A stretch of DNA of 64,000 nt, taken from contig OZ245006.1 of assembly GCA_965223545.1 (NCBI GenBank), positions 7,392,001 through 7,456,000 on the forward strand, in the 5' to 3' direction. Every line of letters starts with the position of its first letter. The first letter of the stretch is position 1. The position numbers and the translations under genes were made by a program. The notes beneath the pieces are model-generated. The model ran no database searches and was not told where the DNA came from. It saw only the letters and a program-made list of their open reading frames with translations. Source of the DNA: Planctomycetota bacterium (GTDB taxonomy: Bacteria > Planctomycetota > UBA1135 > UBA2386). Below are positions 58,601-64,000 of this stretch, one piece after another.

Positions 58601-58942
58601 GGTGGGCTCGGCTTGTTGTTGGGCTCGGTCGGCCTCGGCGCCGTCGTGCTGCGCAACGCCGCCGAGCGCCGCGGCGAGCTGGCGGCGCTGCGCGCGCTGG
58701 GCTTCACTCCGGGCCTGTTGCACCGCCTGTTGTGGATGGAGCACGGCGCGCTGCTGGCGGTCGGGCTCGTGTGCGGCGCGGTGAGCGCTTTGGTCGCGGT
58801 CGCTGGCAGTCCCGAGGCGCGGGGGTGGCGCGATTTGCTGTGGGTGTTGCCGGCGCTGGCGGCGAGCGGCGCGCTCTGGGTCGGCTGGGCGGGGTGGCGC
58901 GCCGGGCGCGGTGAGCTCAACGCCGCGCTCCGCGGCGACTGA
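55619..58942 (+). CDS. Large FtsX/MacB-type ABC permease (about 1107 aa, duplicated architecture)
   Basis: LTGALAVGDS, EQRWRELGTLMAVGF, ERRGELAALRALGF; two large periplasmic domains. Confidence 0.88.
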   Translation: MKRGTLIARGLRHYWNAHRWVLCGVACTAAVLTGALAVGDSVRKSLALQVHWRTGGVRAAMHAMDRRVRPALADAMQAGLGEGAVVAPVLHLPGVATPPGGGVTGLVEVLGVDARFGALAPGPTMRRGTPADGKAWINEAAAAQLGVAVGDVLVVRVEAPSPVPRDAAVATYDDVSFGLRVDVDGILSAGDFGRFDLRSNPLPTFSVVVGLEWLCAQLELEPGANTLLAGGDPDAVGDAARLDKALAEHWTLADAGLELVTLESGVAELRSGRLFIDQALVDAVGAVVPGAVGVLTYFVNALRHGEAVTPYSTVAGIGALGDPAAVEDPVLRELLALAPGPDALTLNQWCASDLGAGLGSEIELDFTVADTVAGLRSAHRVLRVGGVTELSGAAADATLMPPFPGLGDAASCRDWEPGLPVELARLRPKDERYWELHRGTPKAFVALETARAMWASRFGSLSAVRLPAARAAELARALPRSVAPAAIGLYFTDVASAGRVASAPTTDFAGLFGGMSGFTIIAAVLLTALLFVFSVEQRWRELGTLMAVGFAPAGVRRLLLGEALVIAVLGGLLGAGLGLLYTRAVLWALGSVWSGAVGGVALEFDCRPVSLAAGAGGAVLVAMVALYWSTRRAFATPVVALLRRRAAVARAGAATVARVVAPLAALAAVGLWVAAPATGTDAALWRFAAGALLLVGALAAVRLSLGGGGESARPAASRWALAWRNAARRPVRSMTCVGLLAAGVFTVTAVQAFRQRPPEVADAASGTGGFALFGRSALPVLRDLGTPEGRDAYGLGAAALRGVDIVPLRVRDGDEASCLNLGSPAEPRLLGVDPEALAARGAFSFAAVDAALAGDDGDSPWRLLGQPLADGAIAAIGDAQSTQWSLHLGLGEQLLYRDDRGATVPVRLVGTLRSSILQGSLIVDESQLARAFPKTSGHRAFLIGVDGPAERVAAVRGDLSEAFADLGLELTPTAVRLAAFQAVQNTYLRIFLVLGGLGLLLGSVGLGAVVLRNAAERRGELAALRALGFTPGLLHRLLWMEHGALLAVGLVCGAVSALVAVAGSPEARGWRDLLWVLPALAASGALWVGWAGWRAGRGELNAALRGD

Positions 58943-59031
58943 GGGCGGCGATCGTGCTGCGGTGGCCGTGAGGGGCGCGAAGTCTCGACCGCAACGGCGG
59001 GTGGGCGGTAGGTGCGAGTCGGCCGCGCGCC

Positions 59032-59886
59032 GTGGTCGATAGGCTGGACGTGGGGCAAGATCGCGATCTCGGGTCAGGGCGCGCCGCGCCGCCGGCGGAG
59101 GACGACCTGTTGTTGGGCTATCTGGCGGCGGCCGAGTCGTTGCTGTTGCAGGTTCGGCCGATGATCGCCGCCGCCGAGCCAGGTCCGCGGTTGGCGCAGG
59201 CGGTGGAGCGGCTGCGCGCGGCGTGTCCGGAGCCGCAGGTCGTCGAGGCCCCGCCGCCGGCGACCCCGGTGGCGCCACCGCGCGAGGCGATCGAGGCCGA
59301 ACGCGCACCCAGCGGCCTGCTGCGCGCGGCGCACGCGCGCGCAGCAGGCGACGACTTTGCGGCGTTGCTGTTTGCCACCGGCGAGGCGGCGGCCGGCAAC
59401 GCCCTCGTGCTGCACGGCAACAGCGGCAACATGTCGATGACCTCCGTGTTCTCCTTCTTGAGCTCGGGAGAGCGCAACGGCCGGCTGTACGTCGGCATCG
59501 GCGATATCGTCCAGTGCTTCACGTTCCGATCCGGCGAGGTGGTGTGTTCGACGTCGAGCGCGCCCACGCCGGGGCTCGAGCTCTACGACGTGCTGCTCGC
59601 ATCCGGCCGCATCGAGCGGCGCACGCTCGACGATTTTCTCGAGTGGAGCGGCTGCGCGATCGATCTGGCGGAGGACTTCGCGACCCAGTTCGAACGCGTC
59701 GGGCTGGCGACGCCGGCCCAGCTGGTGGAGGCGCTGCAGCATCAAGCGCACGAGCGGTTCTACGCGGTGTTCACGGCGCCGAGCGCCGACTACGGCTTCT
59801 TCGAGTGCGAGGTCGGCGATCCGGAGATGGTGATGCGCGCCCATCTCGACGAGCTGCTGCCGCGGCCCCGGCCGGCGTCTCGGTAG
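59032..59886 (+). CDS. DUF4388-like domain protein
   Basis: LHGN...SVFSFL...NGRL...FRSGEVV...LLASGRI pattern. Start uncertain. Confidence 0.6.
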   Translation: MVDRLDVGQDRDLGSGRAAPPAEDDLLLGYLAAAESLLLQVRPMIAAAEPGPRLAQAVERLRAACPEPQVVEAPPPATPVAPPREAIEAERAPSGLLRAAHARAAGDDFAALLFATGEAAAGNALVLHGNSGNMSMTSVFSFLSSGERNGRLYVGIGDIVQCFTFRSGEVVCSTSSAPTPGLELYDVLLASGRIERRTLDDFLEWSGCAIDLAEDFATQFERVGLATPAQLVEALQHQAHERFYAVFTAPSADYGFFECEVGDPEMVMRAHLDELLPRPRPASR

Positions 59887-59929
59887 GGGGACACGGCGCG
59901 AGCGGTGAACGGTCGCGCCGGGCGGGCCG

Positions 59930-60376
59930 TCAGTCCCACCACCACCGCTGAAACCCGGCCGGCGCGAGCGCGGTCAACAACAGGCCAGTCCAGCAGGCGG
60001 CTCCGCTGAGCGCCGGATAGATCATCTTGGCGCGCAGCTGCGGCACCGCTGCGAACAGCGCCAAGACCATTGGCATCCCGAGCGCTGCCAGCACGCCGGT
60101 GAAGACCACCCAGTGGGTGGCATCGGCATGCGCGACGAGCTGCTGGGGCAACCCGTCGGAGCCATAGAAATCGGGCCAACCCTGCAGCCGCACGTGCATG
60201 TGGATCGCCAGGGAATAGAACGCGGCGAGCACGAGGAGGCCCGGCAGCGTCGTGAGCGCCAGAGCCCCTGCCGATCGCACGACCTGCCCTCTTTGGATCG
60301 ACCAAACCACGGCGGCAGCGGTCACCGCGACCGAGAGCGCGGCGAGGGTGATCGGCTCGGGCATCGGGAGTTCCAC
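59930..60376 (-). CDS. Hypothetical membrane protein
   Basis: Four hydrophobic segments, ends WWWD. Start GTG 60376/60379 or ATG 60364. Confidence 0.6.
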   Translation of the reverse strand: MELPMPEPITLAALSVAVTAAAVVWSIQRGQVVRSAGALALTTLPGLLVLAAFYSLAIHMHVRLQGWPDFYGSDGLPQQLVAHADATHWVVFTGVLAALGMPMVLALFAAVPQLRAKMIYPALSGAACWTGLLLTALAPAGFQRWWWD

Positions 60377-60442
60377 CACCGCGCATTCTAGCCGTGGGGG
60401 CGGGAAGCGAGAAAATCGAGCCTGACACCGTACGTTTCGTTG

Positions 60443-61159
60443 ATGGAATCCGAACACCGTGGTTCTCCGTCGCGCGGCCGGCCGACGCGGTTGCACGTCG
60501 GCGGCAAGCTCGCCTTTCGGCGACGGGTGCCTTCGGCGGACGCGGCGAGTGGTGCGCTGCCGTTGGTCGAGCTGAGCGACGATCCGCCGGAGCTGGCGAC
60601 GCTGGTTCCGTCGCAGTTCGAGAGGGTCGAGATCGAGGTCGGACCCGGCAAGGGCACGTTCATGGTGGCCGCCACCGAGGCGCGGCCCGACGTGTTTCTG
60701 TTGGGCATCGAGGCGGCGCCGAGCTACGCGCGCTACAGCGCCGAGCGGCTGGCGAAGGCGGGCCGCGACAACGCGGTCGTCCTGGTCGACAACGCCAAGC
60801 TGTACTTGCGCGATCGGGTTGCGGACGGCGCGCTCGATCGCTTGCACGTCTACTTCAGCGACCCGTGGCCCAAGCGGCGCCACCGCAAGCGCCGGTTCTT
60901 CTCGGCGGACATGTGCGCGACCTACGCCCGCGTGCTGCGCGCCGGTGGTCACCTGCTGTGCGCCACGGACAACGCCGCCTACGCCGGTGAGATCTGCGGC
61001 GTGCTCGGCAGCTGCGCTGCGCTGGTGCGCGACGAGGACGAGGAGCGCCGGCTGTCGAACCTGCCTCCGGGGCACGCGTTCGGCCCGACCAACTTCGAGC
61101 GCAAATACGCCGCCGAGCATCGCATCATCCGGCGGTACGCGTATTGTCGCCGCGCATGA
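60443..61159 (+). CDS. trmB: tRNA (guanine-N7)-methyltransferase
   Basis: EVGPGKG, LGIE, FSDPWPKRRHRKRR, ATD, TNFERKY. Confidence 0.92.
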   Translation: MESEHRGSPSRGRPTRLHVGGKLAFRRRVPSADAASGALPLVELSDDPPELATLVPSQFERVEIEVGPGKGTFMVAATEARPDVFLLGIEAAPSYARYSAERLAKAGRDNAVVLVDNAKLYLRDRVADGALDRLHVYFSDPWPKRRHRKRRFFSADMCATYARVLRAGGHLLCATDNAAYAGEICGVLGSCAALVRDEDEERRLSNLPPGHAFGPTNFERKYAAEHRIIRRYAYCRRA

Positions 61160-61512
61160 GCCAACCGGAAACGAGCCAACCGGAATCGACGGACGCGCAC
61201 CGCTGGGTGTCGATCGGCGCGGTGGGCGAGCTGGTGTTCGCGCCGGGTCACTCGGTCGTGGTCGAGGGCCGCGAGCTCGCGGTGTTCGAGCTCGACGACG
61301 GCCTGGCGGCCGTCGACGGCTCGTGCCCGCACGCCGGCGGTCCCCTCTGCGAGGGCGACGTCGATGGCGGCGCGGTCTCTTGCCCATGGCACGGCTGGAG
61401 CTTCGACTTGCGCACCGGGGCGTGCGCCGTGTCGCCGGCATCGGCGATCGCCGCCTACCCGGTGCGGGTGGTCGACGGCGACGCGCAGGTCCGCATGCCG
61501 AAGGCAGTGTGA
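61156..61512 (+). CDS. Rieske [2Fe-2S] ferredoxin
   Basis: CPHAGGPL...CPWHGWSFDLRTG. Confidence 0.92.
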   Translation: MSQPETSQPESTDAHRWVSIGAVGELVFAPGHSVVVEGRELAVFELDDGLAAVDGSCPHAGGPLCEGDVDGGAVSCPWHGWSFDLRTGACAVSPASAIAAYPVRVVDGDAQVRMPKAV

Positions 61513-62192
61513 TGCGGTTGCGCCACCCGCTCTCGCTGTCGTTGTTGCTCGTCACCGCGGCGGCGTGTGCCGGGACCGCGCCCGACCGCGGTGAGGACGA
61601 TTTCGTCGCGGTGTACCTGCAGCGCGGCGAGCCGGTGCCCGAAGCGGAGCGGGGGGCCTTGATGGATGGCCACATGGCCAACATGCGCCGCCTGTGGGAG
61701 CGCGGCGTGCTGCTGTTCGCCGGGCCCTTCGAAGCGCATCCCGACAGCGACCGGCGGGGGTTGTTCTGGTTCGATGTCGCCGATCTCGACGCGGCGCGGG
61801 CCTTGGCCGACGCGGACCCCGCGGTGCGTGCCGGCGCGCTGGTCTACACCGCGGTGCCGGTGCGCAGTTCGGCGCGCGTGCGCACCCTGCTGGCGCTCGA
61901 GCGCGCTGCCGAGGCGATGCGGGCCGCCGCTGGCGGCGGGGATGCGGGAATGCGCAAGTACGTGCTGGTCGAGGCGCCGCGCGATCAGCGCGCAGCGCTG
62001 CTGGCCTTGGGGGACCGCCTGCTGTTGGTGGCCGCGCTGGGTGGCCCCCGCGAGGGCGAGCTGCTGGCGATCCTGGACGCCGAGGACCTCGCCGCGGGGG
62101 AGCGTCTGCGCGCCGAGGTCGGCGGGACGCAGTGGTCCGCCTACGAGTGGTGGGGATCGGCGACGATCCTGGGACTGTCCGGCGGCGGCTGA
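61512..62192 (+). CDS. YciI-domain lipoprotein
   Basis: Lipobox AAC, GHMAN, AGPF, ADPAV. Confidence 0.75.
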   Translation: MRLRHPLSLSLLLVTAAACAGTAPDRGEDDFVAVYLQRGEPVPEAERGALMDGHMANMRRLWERGVLLFAGPFEAHPDSDRRGLFWFDVADLDAARALADADPAVRAGALVYTAVPVRSSARVRTLLALERAAEAMRAAAGGGDAGMRKYVLVEAPRDQRAALLALGDRLLLVAALGGPREGELLAILDAEDLAAGERLRAEVGGTQWSAYEWWGSATILGLSGGG

Positions 62193-62199
62193 ACGCGCA

Positions 62200-62219
62200 G
62201 AACTGCAGCCCTTCCGTGG
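62200..62219 (+). repeat. Left terminal inverted repeat GAACTGCAGCCCTTCCGTGG
   Basis: Exact reverse complement of 63424-63443. Confidence 0.9.
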
Positions 62220-62349
62220 GCCTGGCTAGCTGAGAGACGCTGACCGAGACGTAACCGGAGCCCTCTTCCGAGTCACTGGAAGTGACGCAGGGCCAACTGC
62301 GCAACGGTGCCCTTTTGGTCCCCCCCGCGTTGTGTCTCGGAGGTCGCCG

Positions 62350-63402
62350 ATGTTCGTTCCCCCGCGTTGCCCCAACTCAGCTTGCCCGCACAACCGCAGC
62401 CCGCGGCCCGGCTTCTTCGTACGCCGTGGCTACTACTACCCCAAGTGCCGCGCCCAAGGCGTGCCGCGCTTCCGCTGCCGCCATTGCCGGCAGGGCTTCT
62501 CGCGGCAGACGTTCCGCATGGATTACCGCGACCACAAGCCCGACCGCAACGCCTGGATCGTCATGTTGCTCTGCTCTGGCCTGGGCCTGCGACAGACCGC
62601 TCGCCTGGCCGGGCTCACGGCGCGCAACACCGAGATGAAGTTCCGCAAGATCGGTCGTCACGTCCGCCGCCTGAACAACAACTTACGGGGCGACCTCCCG
62701 GTCGGCTCGAGCTTGCAGTTCGACGAACTCGAGAGCTACGAGGGCCGCCGCAACACGCGGCCCCTGACGCTGCCTGTCCTGATCGAGCGCGGGAGCCGCT
62801 TCATCCTCGCAGCGCGGTCGGCCCCGATCCGCCCCGGTGGCCCCAAACCGGCTGCGCGCCGGCGAGCGATAGAGGCCGACGCGCGGCGGTTTGGCCGGCG
62901 GCCGTCGCGGTCGCGCGCGGCAACGCGCAATGCGCTGTGCCGGGGCGCGCGCGCTTGCACTCGGTTGACCACCGTGTTGCTCGAAACGGACGAGAAAACG
63001 ACCTACTCAGGACTCGCGAGGGGCATTTTCGGCGCGCGGCTCGAGCACCGGCGAACACCAAGCACGCTGCCGCGCGAGACCTGGAACCCGCTGTTCGCGA
63101 TCAACCATACCGAGGCAATGGCGCGCGACCTCAACGGTCGTCTGCGGCGCGAGTCCTGGCTGGTCAGCAAGAAGCGCTGTTTCCTCAACCTGCAGCTGCA
63201 CATCTACACCGCGTACCGCAACTTCACGCGACCGCGCTTCAACTTCGACCGAGACACGCCGGCGATGCTGGTTGGCTGGCTCCCCCAGAAGTTGCGGCTG
63301 AACCAGGTGCTATCCTGGCGCCAGGACTGGGGCACGCGCAGCGGCCATCCGCTGGATCGAAACGCAAAACCGATCGAGAACTTCCTGAAGAGCTCTGCCT
63401 GA
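62350..63402 (+). CDS. IS1-family-like transposase (Zn ribbon-HTH-DD(E/N))
   Basis: CPNSAC...CRHC zinc ribbon, SGLGLRQTARLAG HTH, QFDE, ETDE, RLRRESWLVSKK; GGAGG SD. Confidence 0.82.
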   Translation: MFVPPRCPNSACPHNRSPRPGFFVRRGYYYPKCRAQGVPRFRCRHCRQGFSRQTFRMDYRDHKPDRNAWIVMLLCSGLGLRQTARLAGLTARNTEMKFRKIGRHVRRLNNNLRGDLPVGSSLQFDELESYEGRRNTRPLTLPVLIERGSRFILAARSAPIRPGGPKPAARRRAIEADARRFGRRPSRSRAATRNALCRGARACTRLTTVLLETDEKTTYSGLARGIFGARLEHRRTPSTLPRETWNPLFAINHTEAMARDLNGRLRRESWLVSKKRCFLNLQLHIYTAYRNFTRPRFNFDRDTPAMLVGWLPQKLRLNQVLSWRQDWGTRSGHPLDRNAKPIENFLKSSA

Positions 63403-63423
63403 GTTTCTAGCGGCCGTGCCGGA

Positions 63424-63443
63424 CCACGGAAGGGCTGCAGTTC
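63424..63443 (-). repeat. Right terminal inverted repeat CCACGGAAGGGCTGCAGTTC
   Basis: Exact reverse complement of 62200-62219. Confidence 0.9.
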
Positions 63444-63691
63444 GGGGATTGCCGACCCGGCCGCAAAGAGCTGGTGTCGGGCCCTGACGAGGGCTAAATT
63501 GAGGGTTCGAGCTGCGCCCTCGGCGATTCGCGCGCTGCTCGCGCTGTAGACGCCGAGGCTTGCAGGGTGAGGGATCGGTGTCGATCCCCGGCTTGAACCG
63601 GCCGCCGGCGGGGACGCGGGTGGCGTGCGGCTCACCTCAACGCGCTCCGAGGGCAGCCCTCGACCGCGGCACTTCAACCCAAGGCGATCCG

Positions 63692-64000
63692 TTGCAGCAG
63701 CGAACCTACCAGGCGTATACCCCGAACAATGTCGGTCGGTTGGTCGATGAGGGCCGGCTGTCGGCGGAGCAGCTCGACGCGATCCGCGCCACCGCCGCGG
63801 TGTTGCCGTTCCGGGTCAACAATTACGTTGTGGAGGAATTGATCCGCTGGGACGAGGTGCCACACGACCCGATCTACCAGCTCACCTTTCCGCAGGAGGG
63901 GATGCTGGATCGCGAGGACTTCGAGCGCATGCGCGGGCTGATTCGGCGCGACGCGCCGAAGGCCGAGGTCGCGGCGCAGGCGCGGCAGGTGCAAGCGAAG
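63692..64000 (+). CDS. KamA-family radical SAM aminomutase-like protein, N-terminal part (truncated)
   Basis: Not in ORF track. Translates ...AVLPFRVNNYVVEELIRWDEVPHDPIYQLTFPQEGML, typical of lysine/arginine 2,3-aminomutase-like N-termini. TTG start approximate. Confidence 0.75.
   Translation, partial: MQQRTYQAYTPNNVGRLVDEGRLSAEQLDAIRATAAVLPFRVNNYVVEELIRWDEVPHDPIYQLTFPQEGMLDREDFERMRGLIRRDAPKAEVAAQARQVQAK

Larger units (their letters stand above)
62200..63443 (+). mobile_element. IS1-like insertion sequence (about 1244 bp)
   Basis: Perfect 20-bp inverted repeats flank a single transposase ORF. No target-site duplication visible. Confidence 0.8.

Noticed and set aside
61158..61187. Near-perfect 15-bp tandem duplication (SQPET/SQPES)
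   Set aside because: Only two copies in a disordered N-terminus; likely slippage with no functional signal.
63481..63530. CTGACGA hammerhead-like core and GGTTCGA T-loop-like motif
   Set aside because: No GAAA or stem II geometry for a hammerhead and no cloverleaf for a tRNA (including selC).

Overview
A very GC-rich (roughly 70% or more by eye), gene-dense bacterial window. The gene content suggests an uncultured Planctomycetota or related PVC organism (inference): ECF sigma-Ser/Thr kinase pair, four PQQ-type beta-propellers, FG-GAP proteins, EfpL, and a MoxR/Bat operon. About 50 CDSs are supported. In order: a PilZ-like/MFP/hybrid histidine kinase block; two TRL-like lipoproteins; a MoxR-DUF58-BatABCD/E operon; efpL; secreted hydrolases; a radical SAM/thioesterase/flavin halogenase-like/beta-propeller block; an FG-GAP/ECF-STK/TonB block; an 18.5-kb cluster; trmB, a Rieske ferredoxin and YciI; an IS1-like element with 20-bp inverted repeats; and the start of a KamA-like radical SAM gene. 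The 18.5-kb cluster holds beta-propellers, a Na+:solute symporter, an EhpF-like adenylating enzyme, an EhpG/LuxC-like aldehyde dehydrogenase, an Fe-ADH, a GT4 and a large ABC exporter. Two main findings. (1) A probable selenoprotein missed by the ORF track at 21790-22140, with an in-frame TGA, a SECIS-like hairpin and a C-terminal zinc ribbon. (2) An apparently orphan pathway built around an EhpF/EhpG/Fe-ADH carboxylate-reduction module with no phenazine genes, probably linked to the radical SAM/halogenase block upstream. No tRNA, rRNA or CRISPR array was seen. All family calls rest on motif recognition, not database searches.
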